A stretch of DNA of 64,000 nt from Marsupella aquatica. Lineage: Eukaryota; Plantae; Marchantiophyta. Positions 39,500-52,060 of this stretch are shown here, in pieces. The first letter of the stretch is position 1, and each line of letters starts with the position of its first letter. The DNA lies in contig OZ316896.1 in the NCBI GenBank assembly GCA_973895155.1, positions 7,511,278 through 7,575,277 on the forward strand. The letters are read 5' to 3'. Position numbers and translations under genes: made by a program. Below the pieces are notes generated by a model. It did no database searches. It saw only the letters and a list, made by a program, of their open reading frames with translations, and was not told the DNA's origin.

Positions 39500-40755
39500 T
39501 ACAGAGGGAGTTCTATCCATGGATGCTGTCATTGCCAAATACGCAATGTCATTTGGAGTAGATTTCCGCGGGGAGAAGAAAGAGTCGTCGGGTATCCCTC
39601 TTTGCCGCCTTGTTCACATGGAAGTCGTTCGGACTTTCTAGAAAAATAGTGCATCTATCGACAAGCTCAAGAATTCATTTTGCAGCTCTGGGTACAACTC
39701 TTCAATTGGGATACGGTTTTATGTGTCCAGCCTGCGGATTCAGAAGGAGTTGTTCAATTGTGCACGCCTGAAATTTGGAAGACCTGGGATGCTGTTTGGG
39801 TTGCTCATAACGACTTGTTTGAAGCAGAATGTGCTTTTGATCCGTACTTCCACATTTTGAAGGATAAGATGCTTTGTGTCTTTGATGGGAATCATCGACT
39901 CTACACGTGGACTCAAGTAACAAATGAGAACCCAGACAATATCAAGTACCATCTGCGTGTTCAATGCACTATCTTTAAGGGAGATTGAGGTTCTCTAGTT
40001 GAGCTTGAAGCGGCTATGCACACGGTGAACTAGTAACTCATCCTTCAGTTGCATAAACGGTATTAAATTTGATGGATTGCTTGATTTTTGCAAGGTTGGT
40101 TAGCGCCTGGCGCTGCTAACTTAAGGTATCTCTCTCAGGTGAGGGCAAGCAGTAGTGGAACCGTCATGGATTCTCGACGCCAATAGAATCAATCGGATTC
40201 TAACACATGACCTGGAGGCCTACAAGCCTATCATCGACCCTGCCAGCTTCAAGCAATTTTAGACTATTTGCGCAAAGACAAGAAAGGGGTCGTGGTATCC
40301 CAAGCACATGCCATTGGAAGCATTGGTTTACATCTTGTGCGAAAACAAGATTAAGTCGTATTCACTTCAATTTAAGCTTGACTTGGCTGCTGCTACAACT
40401 CAAGGTTGCCCGTGGTCATCTAAAGAGATCGGTAAGCGGTATGCTGCCATGATGAAGGAGGCAACAAAGGAGTGGAGCATAAAGACATCCAAGATTACCC
40501 CCTGATAAGCCCAGAGTGGCAATTTTCTGTCAACTTGTGCAAAAATGTACATACTTACGGAGAGGAACAAACGGGAAAAGAAACCAAACTTTGTAGTTTG
40601 TACGATGGACCGCGTGCGTCTGTTCACTGTTGTCTCTTATTTGGATCCAAAGCTGCGATGTACCCTTCTTGTCGCTCACTGTACACCCGAGCTCAGAAAA
40701 CAATTTTTCCACCCCCCGAGTGTTAATGATGACCCTGTTAAACAGTGGTGTCGAT
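39500..40755 (+). pseudogene. Second, diverged fragment of the ParB-2 gene, cut at the CACTA terminus
   Basis: IPLCRLVHMEVVR, CVFDGNHRLY and KNKREKKPN..VCTMDR..LF...SVND.PVKQWC match 23846..25318; same intron position (40033..40138). Confidence 0.9.
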
Positions 40756-41143
40756 CACTAGAAGAAAACAGGGCCCTTTATGACCAATCACCTAATGATG
40801 GAAATGAATCAATGACCAAAATTTCTAATGACACAAAAAGAATGACGGGAGAATGACTGTCCACAATGACCAATAGACTGAAATGACAAAATGATAACTT
40901 TTGCGTCATTTTGTATAATGTCTGAAATGACAATTGCGACCTAAATGACACAATTTTCCCAAAATGGTCAATTTAGACACATGTCCTAAATGACCCAATA
41001 AATAACAACAATGATAAATCAATGTTTAGCAACATTATACTCACTCTAGACAATAAATGAAATGACCAAAAATCTATTTGGGTCATTTTGGACAGCGGTG
41101 ATAAATGACAAAAATGTATTTCCGTCATTTTAATCAACGATGT

Positions 41144-41420
41144 TAAATGACAAAATCTAGGGTCAATCTGAAAATAAGAATATATTAGTGTTTACAACAA
41201 CATACCGTCATTATGGACTTCTCTCATAAATGATTAAATCTAGGGTCAATCTTGAAATTAGGATATATCAGTGTTTACAATAACATACTGTCATTATGGA
41301 CTTGTTGCATAAATGACTAAATATAAGGTCAATCTAAACATCATGATATATCAATGTTTACAATAACATACAGTCATTATGGACTTATTGCATAAATGAC
41401 TAGTTATAGAGTCATTAAAG
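41144..41420. repeat. 83-bp tandem repeat, about 3.5 units
   Basis: AATCTAGGGTCAATCT-like anchors at 41154, 41237 and 41320. Confidence 0.85.
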
Positions 41421-44400
41421 AACCCAAGAGATATCAAGATTAAAATACTCAATAGTCATTCCAGACACCGGTCATAATTGTAGAGTCATTGAAGAATGCC
41501 AATGACTACAATAAGGGTAATATCAATCGTCATATTAGAGGTCATTTTGACCAAATGACTATATAAGTTGTCATTGAAGACATCCCTCATGGTGTCATTA
41601 TGGACCAGCATAAATGACCATTTTGGTCTACAAGCTTCAGGTGGGCCCGAGTGTGTCATGGGCCCTACATAGAGGTGAGAACCCCTCCACTTGGTGCGAG
41701 ACACTATACTCATCATTGTCCAACCACTAGTTGCGGCATTAGCAATTTGAACACATGTCTTTGCATTTACTTAAGGCATGATGCACCTTTGGGGAAATCA
41801 CTCCCAAGTCGTACGACTTTGGAGTGATTTGCCAAAAGTGTCACCATGGATGCATACCATCACATCCAAAGGCAAATAAAAGTTGTTTTTGGGTTCTCCA
41901 AGAGGTAGTGTTGCACCAATGGAATGGGCAGGGGAGTCGTGCTTCTCTGTATGGTGTGGGTGCGGGTTTAGGGAAGAGGAATATTCCAACCTTGCAAGGA
42001 ATCTAAAGCGGGCTCTCTTTGGAGGTACTAGGGCCTTCATTGGGTCATATGTGAGCAATGGACCATCATAAATGCCAATGACTACAAGTAGGGTCATTAA
42101 ATCTGTCATATGGGCAATCATATAAATCTAATGACTGCAGTTGTGGTCATTTGAGGGGTCCCTTGTGTGTCATTAAAGAAAAGCACAAATGACCAGTTTG
42201 GGGCTAGGGGCTGGAGGTGGGCCCTAGAGTGCCATGTGGCCCCACATAGAGGTGAGAACCCCTCCACTGGGTGCGGGACACTATATTCATCATTGTCCAA
42301 CCACTAGTTGCGACATAAACACTTTGGACACACGGTTTTGCATTTACTTAACGCATGATGCACCTTTGGGGAAATCACTCCCAAGTTGTACAACTTTGGA
42401 GTGATTTGCCAAAAGTGTTACCATGCATGCACACCATGACATCCAAAAGGCAAATAAAAGTTGTTTTTTGGTTCTCCCAGAGGTGGTGCTGCACCAATGG
42501 AATGGGCAGGGGAGTCGTGCTTCTCTGTATGGTGTGGGTGCGGGTTTAGGAAAGAGGAATATTCCAACCTTGCAAGGAATCTAAAGCGGGCTCTCTTTGG
42601 AGGTACTAGGGCCTTTATTGGGTCATATGTGACCAATGGACCATCATAAATGCCAATGACCAAAATGCGAGTCATTAAAACTGTCATATGGGCAGTCATA
42701 TAAGTCAATTGACTGGACTTGTTGTCATTTGTGTGGTCCCTTGTGCAGTCATTAAACAGAAGCACAAATGACCAGTTTGGGGCTAGGGGCTGGAGGTGGG
42801 CCCTAGAGTGCCATGTGGCCCCACAGAGAGGTGAGAACCCCTCCACTGTGTGCGGGACACTATACTCATCATTGTCCAACCACTAGTTGCGACATAAACA
42901 CTTTGGACACATGTTTTTGCGTTTACTTAAGGCATGATGCACCTTTGGGGAAATCACTCCCAAGCCGTACGACTTTGGAGTGATTTGCCAAAAGTGTCAT
43001 CGTGCATGCACACCATCACATCCAAAGGCAAATAAAAGTTGTTTTTTGGTTCTCCAAGAGGTAGTGCTGCACCAATGGAATGGGGAGGGGAGTCGTGCTT
43101 CTCTGTATGGTGTGGGTGCGGGTTTAGGGAAGAGGAATATTCCAACCTTGCAAGGAATCTATTGCGGGCTCTCTTTGAAGGTACTAGGGCCTTTGTTGGG
43201 TCATATGTGACCAATGGCCCATCATAAATACCAATGACTACAAGAAGGGTCATTAAAACTGTCATATGGGATGTCATATAAGTCTAATGACTGGACTTGT
43301 TGTCATTTGAAAGGTCCCTAGTGCAGTCATTGAAGACAAGCTTGAATGACCAATTTGGGGCTAAGGGCTGGAGGTTGGCGCTAGAGTGCCATGTAGCCCC
43401 ACATAGAGCTCGCAACCCCTCCACTAGGTGCCAAATACTATATTTATTATTCTCCAACCACTAGTTGCACCATTAGCACTTTGGTATCTCATTTCTATGT
43501 TTACTTAAGGGATGATACAATCTTGGGGAAATCACTCCCAAGTCATACGACTTTGGAGTGATTTGCCAAAAGTGTCACCCTTGATCCATACCATCCTATC
43601 CAAAGGGAAATGAAGCCATTTTTGTCTCTGCAAGAAGTAGTGCAACACCAATGGAAGACTATCATCCTTCCATGTAATTGTGTCATGTTTGTGCCTTTGT
43701 TTGGATGAGGAATATTCTATTTTGCAAATGAATAGTGATGGGGCAATCAAGGATGTGATGTAATCTTTATTGGGTTATTTCTAGACAAATTTGTGTCATA
43801 AATGCCAATGACTACAAGTAGAGTCATTAAAACTGTCATATGGGATGTCATATAAGTCAAGTGACTAGACTTGTGGTCATTTGTGTGGTCCCCCATGCAG
43901 TCATTAAATAGAAGCACAAATGACCAGTTTAGGGCTAGGGGCTGAAGGTGGGCCCTAGAGTGCCATGTGGCCCCACATAGAGGTGAGAAACTCTCCACTA
44001 GGTGCGGGGCACTATACTCATCATTGTCCAACCACTAGTTGCGACATAAACACTTTGGACACATGTTTTTGCGTTTACTTAAGGCACGATGCACCTTTGG
44101 GGAAATCACTCCCAAATCATACGACTTTGGAGTGATTTGCCAAAAGTGTCACCATGGATGCATACCGTCGTATCCAAAGGCAAATGGAACCATTTCTTTG
44201 TCTCTCCAAGAAGTAGTGCAACACCAATGGAAGGTTGTCATCTTGCGATGTAATTGTGTCATGTTTGTGCCGGTGTTTGGATGGGGAATACTCCATTTTG
44301 TATATGAATAGTGTCAGGGCATTGTGAGTAGGTGTTGTAATCTTCATTGGGTCATTTTGGAGGAATTGTGTCATTAATGCCAAAGACTGCAGTAAGGGTC

Positions 44401-45194
44401 ATTGTGGCAGTCCACTTGGAAGTCATTTGTGCCAAATGACTGCATATGGGGTCATTATAGAGGTTCCTCATGGTGTCATTATGGACCATCAGAATGACCC
44501 TTTTGGGTCTAGAAGCTTAAGGTGGCCCTAGTGTGCCATGGGGCCCTACATGAAGGTGGCAACCTCTCCACAAGGTGCAGGGTACTATACCCACTATTCT
44601 CCAACCACTAGTTGCACCATGAGCACTTTGGAGCCATGTTTTTGCAATTACTTAAGGGATGATGGAACCTTGGGGAAAATCACTCCCAAGTCATACAACA
44701 CAGTGACGGACCAAACGAGAAGTGTGACCACACTTCTCGTTTTGCCCGCGGCGAAAAACTTTTCTAAGGCAAAAAAGTCTTGGATACGGAATTAGTATTC
44801 CCCCTAAAAACTAGTTTTTCAAATTTAAAAAATGGAAAATATCGACACGAATACGAAGATGGGATACGGCGTATCCCATTTTGGATCCAACCGCGGAATT
44901 CCAAAAAACATTAAAACAAATGCAGTAAAAGTGCCGATATTGGTTTACCCATCAAGAATATTCCCAAATGATTCTTCTCAACGGTAACATTTAACCGACT
45001 GCGATGCAACTGCAGTCAAATACTAACCACGGTCAAAGAGAACTATAAATAGGAGATCATCGCTTGAGAATTTTCCGCTCATTTCTTCTCGCTCTGTATC
45101 CTCTTACTCTCGACGAATGCACACCGTCTATACAAACTTGTATTCCCCGAAAACCAGATTTGACTAACAAGTGAGAATCTTCATGGAAATGGCG

Positions 45195-45690
45195 AGGATG
45201 AATCCCAAATGGGATACGGCGTATCCCGTTTGGGATTCAACCTTCAAATGTCCAGTTTTTATTTCACTTTAGCTAAAAAAGAAGGTTGGATGCAAAGTGG
45301 GATACGGGGTATCCCATATCGCATCCAACCTCCGAATATGAAGTATCTTAGACTCCAAATGTCAAAACCTCAACGTTGAATGCGAAATGGGATACAGCGT
45401 ATCCCGTTTGGGATTCACCCTTCAAATGTCCAGTTTTGATTTCTCTTTAGCTAAAAAAGGAGGTTGGATGCGAAGTGGGATACAGGGTATCCCATGTCAC
45501 ATCCAACCTCCGAATATGAAGCATCTTAGACTCCAAATGTCAAAACCTCAACGTTGAATGCGAAATGGGATACGACGTATCCCGTTTGGGATTCAACCTT
45601 CAAATGTCCAGTTTTGGTTTCTCTTTAGCTAAAAAAGGAGGTTGGATGCGAAGTGGGATGCAGGGTATCCCATGTGATATCTACCTAGAG
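45195..45690. repeat. 178-bp tandem repeat, about 3 units, each with two GGGATAC-N3-GTATCCC palindromes
   Basis: Anchors at 45211, 45389 and 45567; a further partial unit near 45855-46000. Confidence 0.88.
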
Positions 45691-46401
45691 TTTTCTTGGA
45701 ATGATGGGAAAAGTCTTATGGATTGCTGATTGTTTCGCAGGCGCAGTTTGACTAAACACGCACTGAAGCTCTTGCTGCCATTCAATGACAGACACCGACT
45801 CAAGCTTTAGCTTTCCTGGGAAAACAACATTTTCTCTTGTGAGTCTAATGGCGGTCCAGATACGACGTATCCCATTTGGGATTCAATCTTCAAAAATCCA
45901 GTTTGGGTATCATAAACGTGAAAAAATGAGGTTGGATGCGAAGTGGGATATGGGGTATCCCACTTTGCATTCAACCTCTGAATATGAAGCATTTAGGTGC
46001 GAAATGCAAGATTGACTAAGATATGATCAGATTAAGTTGTGGGGTGAAATTTATAAAATTACAAAAACTTAAGTTTGTACCCTCTCACGCTTTGGAAGCC
46101 ATATCTTTATCGGTATTTATCCAAATTCTTTATAATTGATACCATTAGAAAGAAGAGCTTGAGCTTTTTGGCCGCTTTACTCGGCGCTGCAAAAATAGAA
46201 AAAAAAAAATCTGAGATCAGGCAAAATCTTGCAAAAAAATCAGATTGCATTTGTAAAAAGATCACAAATGATCAAAATTTCAAGAGGAATACCAAGTGGG
46301 ATACCAAGTATCCCATGTAGTATTCAAACATGTTATTTCACAAATCTAGAAAAGAAAAAGTCATAAAACCTTGTATGAATACCAAGTGGGATCCATGGAT
46401 C

Positions 46402-46822
46402 TGTTGAGCATAGACGACGATCGCAATGGCAAGCCCATGAACCATCCAACGCATAATAGTCGACACAAGAGATACGTGATTCACCTCCTTGAGGCTACGT
46501 CCACGGGAACACACAAGAGAGCTTTACTGAACTCTAAGCCCGTCGGCTATACCGAGTCTCCACAGTGTAAGCTCTCCCTATCTCTCAAGTGGCTCCATAA
46601 CAATGAGCCTTGGTTCTACCTCTCCAAGCACACATGCCTCTTATGATATAGTGTGCAACTTAGTTGTACCTAACCACATAGTTGTACCTAATCACGTAGT
46701 TGTACCTAACCACATAGTTGTACCTAATCATGTAGTTGTACCTAACCACGTAGTTGTACCAACCCACGTTGTTGTACCAACCATGTCATACCTAACCTAG
46801 ACGTAAGAGTAAATACCCAACA
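46402..46822. mobile_element. Small solo LTR (421 bp) containing an 18-bp tandem repeat (TAGTTGTACCTAACCACR, about 7 copies, 46661-46785)
   Basis: TGTTG...CAACA ends; exact TSD GGATC (46397-46401 and 46823-46827). Confidence 0.92.
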
Positions 46823-49783
46823 GGATCCCACATTTGGTATAAGAACATGTTGTTTTATCCCATTTGGTATAAGAACATGTTATTTTACAAATCAAGAACT
46901 TTACAAAGTGTGATAATAATTATACAAAGACCAAATGAAATCCAATTTTGTATTCAAATGTGAAAATGGATGAGTAACTTGTGACCGAGGGCCAATCCGG
47001 GACTTTGAATCTGAGGTGGGATCCACAAACCCACTTGGTATTTGCCTCCATTTTTAGGTAGGTCTGTTGATTGGTCCTACATATTTTGAAAGAGTAAAAA
47101 ATGGATGTGATTGGGGTTGTGCTGAGCAAGGAAAAATCCAAAATTGTTTTGGAGTTGAATCAACAAATGGGACTCATGGATTCGTGTCGGTATGGATCCG
47201 TGTCGGTATTCAAACCTCAATATTGAGGTGCAAGGTGTGGCAATGGCAAATTTTGGCGGGTGAATACCAAATGGGATCCATGGATCCGTGTTGGTATTCA
47301 AACCTCAATATCAAGGTGCAAGGTGCGGCAAGGGCAAATTTTGGCAGGCGAATACCAAATGGGATCCATTTGGTATTCATCCTTGGTTTTGAGTGGGTTA
47401 TTTTTGGACTTGTTCAGAAAAATGGGATACATGGATCCCTATTGGCGTTCCCTGAGTGGTCCATACAAGGGTTTTTTAAAGTGAGAGTCTGTCTTTTCAA
47501 GGAATGCTGAAATTTAAATTGTAGATTTTTGAGGAAGTCGTCGCGGATCCTAGTTGGTCTTCAAACTAGAATATCAAGGTATGCAATGCGAAAAGTTCAA
47601 AATGTAGAGGTTGAATACTAGATGGGATCCATGGATCCCATTTGGTATTCATCCTCCTGTTTTCCCGATGAGGTTTTGGACTTGCGAAAAAAATGGGATC
47701 CATGGATCTCAGTTGGTATTCATGTCGAAAGATCTCCTGATGCAAAGTTGCAAGTTGAATACAATAGTGGATACTTGGATCCCATCTCGTATTCATCATG
47801 CGTTATGGGCTAAAAAAATTCTGGACATATCGTCGGGTTAACTTAACTAGCTGTGTGGGTCGATTGTAGTCCGCGGTCAATTTTTTGCAGTTTTTGGTTT
47901 TACCGCAGTTAAAAATTCAAATATTTTTAACCCGAAGTTAAATGGAAGCGTCAAGAGAATGATTTGGTGTGGTTTTCACATTCAATGGTTGAATCCAAAA
48001 TGGGATACCCCATATCCCATTTTCAGTTTGCCATTTTGATGGCAAAAATGAAATCTTGTGTTTTACTCGTTTTGTTTGACGCTCGGATTTAGCTTTTAGA
48101 AGGATCACGTGAAAAGCATTGTTTTTCTAGGTTTGGGAATTTGCACTTTTTTTAGATGAAGTGTATCAGAATTCTGGATTGTGACAATTCTTTGTTTTTG
48201 TGTCGATAGTATCTCGATTTGAAATCCGATGTTGGATGCGATTTTGGATTCATCCTCAAAATAGCGTTTTTGATCTTAATTTTACTGATTTTTCGCCGTT
48301 TTTCGCGAAATCGAAAACACACTTCTCGTTTGGTGGTCATACTTCTTGTTTGGTCCGTCACTGTGTTATACGACTTTGGAGTGATTTGCCAAAAGTGTCA
48401 CCATGCATGCATACCATCTGTTCCAAAGGCAAACAAAAATTGTTTTTGTCTCTCCAAGGTTTATATAGTGCAATACTAGTGGAAGACTATGTCCTTCTAT
48501 ATAACTATGTCATGTTTGTGCCGATATTTGGATTTTGGATATATTCTATTAAATTCCAAAGGAATTGTAAGGGAGCACTCCGAGAGGTATGATACTCTTC
48601 ATTGGGTCATTTTCACATAATGTCTGTCATTAATGCCAATGACTACAATAATGGTCATTTTGGTAGTCACATTGGAGGTCATTTGGAGCAATTGACTGCA
48701 TATGTGGTCATTAATGAAAACACCTCAAATTAGGGTAATCTTGGTTGTCATACTAGAGGTCAGAAGTACCAAATGACTGGAAATGTGGTCTTTACAAAGG
48801 CTATTGGGGGGTTTCTTTGGGGTACAAGGGAGTTCATTGGGTCATTTGAATTAAATGGTGCTTCAATCTGAGGACTAAACATGGGGTCACTCACGCTGTC
48901 ATATTGGAAACCATTAATGTTGGCATATTGGAGGTCATATAGTCATGGGAAGGCTCACTTGTTAATGCTTTGGTGTAATGCTCTCAAAAACTCTTAGACG
49001 ACATAGCCTCATATGTAGTGGTCATGTAGCATGTAAGGGGCCCGTGAAGTGGGCCCTAGACGAGGGTGCTGGCAAGGGCATGTACAAAAGTACACATACT
49101 ATACATATGTCTATGAAACTAATAGTTGCCCTATAAATGTGCTTGAGTCATGATTGAGGGTTTCTCTCAATTGAGTCATGAGTGGAAAGCTATTAAATGC
49201 TAACATTTGGATGAGTATCACTATCATATGGTGAGACTAATAAGGTAGTCTAAAATTGTGTTCATGCATGCATATATTTTTGCAGACATAACCTATCACC
49301 CAAAAACCATGGCCGGTACATAGTTAATTACACTAATGTAATTCACAACACCCTCACCTCCCATGAAGGATTAATTTGTTTAAATGAGGAGTGGGTTATG
49401 GGTTTAGGGTCAATGTGATTTTGAGCCATAACTCTAGAGCACCAAGTTAGAAAACCAAGGTTTTCCCTTGGTCCAAAAGGACCTTTTATATTGCGGGCAT
49501 CATTTTTTATATATAACATGCGTCCTTAACATTCTTGTTGGCACCTACACAAACAGCCATGACCTTTAGGGCTCTCTTTAAATTGGATATACCATAACCT
49601 TCATTGGGTTTTTTGCAAACCAATAATGGAGAGGTATTAAGTTTATAACCTAGTGGAGAGGTCCGTATTAAATTGTCCAACCTAGTGGAGAGGTATTAAA
49701 TTTTTGGCACCTACACAAGTGCCAACGGCTGAGATCACACCCTGGATCATACAATCAACATCGTGCTCCAATTCTTGCATTCT

Positions 49784-51584
49784 TGTAGTAGGCCCTCGGA
49801 ACAAAAGTGGTCGACAAATCTGCATTGGAGGTGCACAATGGCAAACGTCGAGTCGAGCACAAGTCGTGAAATGTCACATCGTCGACCTTGGCCTTACTCG
49901 GGCTTCGGCTTAAATAGGCACATCCTTTGTCAAAGTGAGGGTTTGGGCAGGGAGGGAGGCACGGAATGCACCCAACTTACATAAAATAGCGCTAAGTGCG
50001 CCTATCATCATATACGGACACCTCCTAGGTATGGTTTGTGTTCCGCCGCCGGAACGTACCTCAATCGATAGTAGGATCGACCCTGGCTTAAGGGCTTCTA
50101 AGCCTTCGTATTGTCCGCCTTCGATCCGGATTTTGGTGGTATGGGTGCTCAACCCGGGCTCGCAACCACGTACACGCAAGCTGCACCCCATGCACTAGTA
50201 CTTGGGTAGTGTGTTCGACCAAGCGTTGGCACCTATACACGAGATTTACACACATACATACGCACAAGCATAAAATCTTGATTTATACGAAGGAAATAAC
50301 GGGAAGGGATTTTACTCCATAAGAGACATATGCGTACACTTAGTTGACCCGAATGCTCTGGAGTGAACAGGTCCGAGGCCAAGGGTGTACACTACAACAG
50401 AGCCCGGCTCCACACTCGCCCAACGAGCTTAGTCTTACACCCTCCCCTTGGTACTCTTCCACTCCCAGAGGTCGGGACTCCCCACACATACCGCGGATGT
50501 CCAATACTGAGACTAAAAACCCCCTGCCTCTACCGAGGGGTGCACTAAATACCAAGGGCCGAGGAACAGAGTGTCCTCCCGCCCGAAGATTTGCTGACTT
50601 AAGTCCTAACTAATCTGACTGTCAGGCCAAAAAATGGCTGTGTCTTATTAGAAGATCCTAACCTACATAGGCTGGACAGCATGGCGGTGCTGCTCTAACT
50701 AGGGCAGGTTCCTGTCCCCATAGCCTGATTTAGCTATTCCTAACCCTATTCTATTCCTACTCCGCCGCTAATGCCTGGCATGCTTGCCAGAGCCGCCCGA
50801 GTGGGAGCGGCCATCCCGCTGCTTATGAAGTCTGTCGTTGTCCGCCTTGAGGAGCTGGACCTGGTCCAGCAGAGATTTGTTCTCTCGCTTTGCCGCGTCC
50901 GTCTCCTCCGCTGCCTCCTGGCATGCCTCCTCCAGCTGCTGGGCGTCGCTCGTCAGCTTGCCCGCCAGCTGGTCCTGCTTCTTGGCTTTGGTTTGGAGCC
51001 GCGCCACTTCAGCCTGTAGCGTGGCTATCTCCGCAGTGTCCCGCTGGGCCCGTTCTTCGGCCTCCTCCAGGTCTTTCTGCCAGATGACAGTTTGATTTTT
51101 CAAACTATCAATCTGGTTCTGGAGTCGTGCAATCTCGGCCTCATTCCCAGCTTTGGCCTATTCGGCTAGGGCGGTAAGGGCATGCGCCTTCGCTAACAAC
51201 TCATCGGCGGCTGCAACTTTGGGTCGTAGTTGCAGAAGCTCAGCCTCTTGAGACGCAACTTTGTTATTTAAGTATACAGACTCCACCCGATACCGCTCTA
51301 TCCTCTGAAGGGCCTCTGACTGGGCCCGACCTGCCTTTACTGCGGCAACCAACTCCTGATTGAAGAAATAGGCTACCTTCCGGGCCATGAACTCCCCGGT
51401 ATCCCGGGCAATTTGATGAGAGAAATCTTCCAGAAGCCCGTTCAGAAATGTACCCGGTACGAAGAGTTCCGGGTGGTCCATGTTGTGCCTGTCCGGAGTT
51501 GGGCACGGGCAGACGTCAACACGCGCGGGGGCCGGGGCAGTGACATCCAGCCCTGGGGACGTAGTGTTGGAAGGGGTTGGAGTG
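49784..51584 (-). mobile_element. Family-C element fragment related to A/B/D, with the 3' part of a coiled-coil ORF (50768..51584)
   Basis: Candidate end TGTAGTAGGCCC at 49784; conserved hairpin motif at 50040; FVPGTFLNGLLEDFS...VAYFF aligns with VAPGTMAYDLVQKFS...VSAYF of family D. Confidence 0.65.
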
Positions 51585-52060
51585 TGTGATGCCGCCGGTA
51601 CGGTGAGTAATGAGTAATTTAGTCTGGACCGCGCTTAGCACGCGCGTTAGGGGTATCTTAGGCCGCTATTATTAGCATAACGATAGTATTTAGGTAACCA
51701 TTATGAGTAGGAAATCATTAGTTAATAAGGGGAATTCATGTTCGGACTGGCGGCGTGTCGCCATTCGCACGCCCGGGTTGCGAGTGTGGAGGGGCCCCTC
51801 CCTCGGGTTCGTATAACAAACTTAGGGAAGCGGCCACTGACACGCATTGACTTAGACCGGCGGAGTCGCCGGTACACTACAAGCGTGAACGGTTCAGCCT
51901 ATAGGCAACAAGGAGACGTCAGGTGATCGACAAGCCCTCAAGGTATAAAAAGGGAGCAATGCTACAAAGGGTCGGCTCCCCTTTTATACCTTGAGGGCTT
52001 ATACCCCCTGGCTAACCAGACCTGACGGCCTTCGGATAATTGCAAGTCTAACTTATTACA

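Larger units (their letters stand above)
44697..48367. mobile_element. Non-autonomous TIR DNA transposon (3671 bp including the nested solo LTR), 35-bp TIRs, 4-bp TSD
   Basis: TIR AACACAGTGACGGACCAAACRAGAAGTRTGACCAC (2 mismatches); TSD ATAC (44693-44696 and 48368-48371); the empty site GTCATACGAC is present in a sister satellite unit. Confidence 0.92.
41480..48720. repeat. ~577-bp satellite, about 6 units, last unit split by the TIR element at 44697..48367
   Basis: CCACTAGTTGC anchors at 41724, 42301, 42880, 43458, 44032 and 44605; the unit resumes at 48372. Confidence 0.92.
40756..49700. mobile_element. CACTA (En/Spm) element end, non-coding here; right boundary not found
   Basis: Starts CACTAGAAGAAAA exactly where ParB-2 homology stops; dense AATGAC/GTCATT subterminal repeats in both orientations. 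Confidence 0.75.

Noticed and set aside
44699-44705. CACAGTG as a RAG/Transib recombination-signal heptamer
   Set aside because: No nonamer at 12 or 23 spacing, the TIR extends two bases outside the heptamer, and the TSD is 4 bp rather than 5.
45195-45690. 178-bp unit as centromeric satellite
   Set aside because: Only about 3 units inside a TIR element; the length match alone is not evidence.
41798-48592. Short ORFs in the satellite and TIR element, and antisense ORFs overlapping TE genes across the window
   Set aside because: They recur only because the DNA is repeated or are shadows of the coding strand; no protein motifs.
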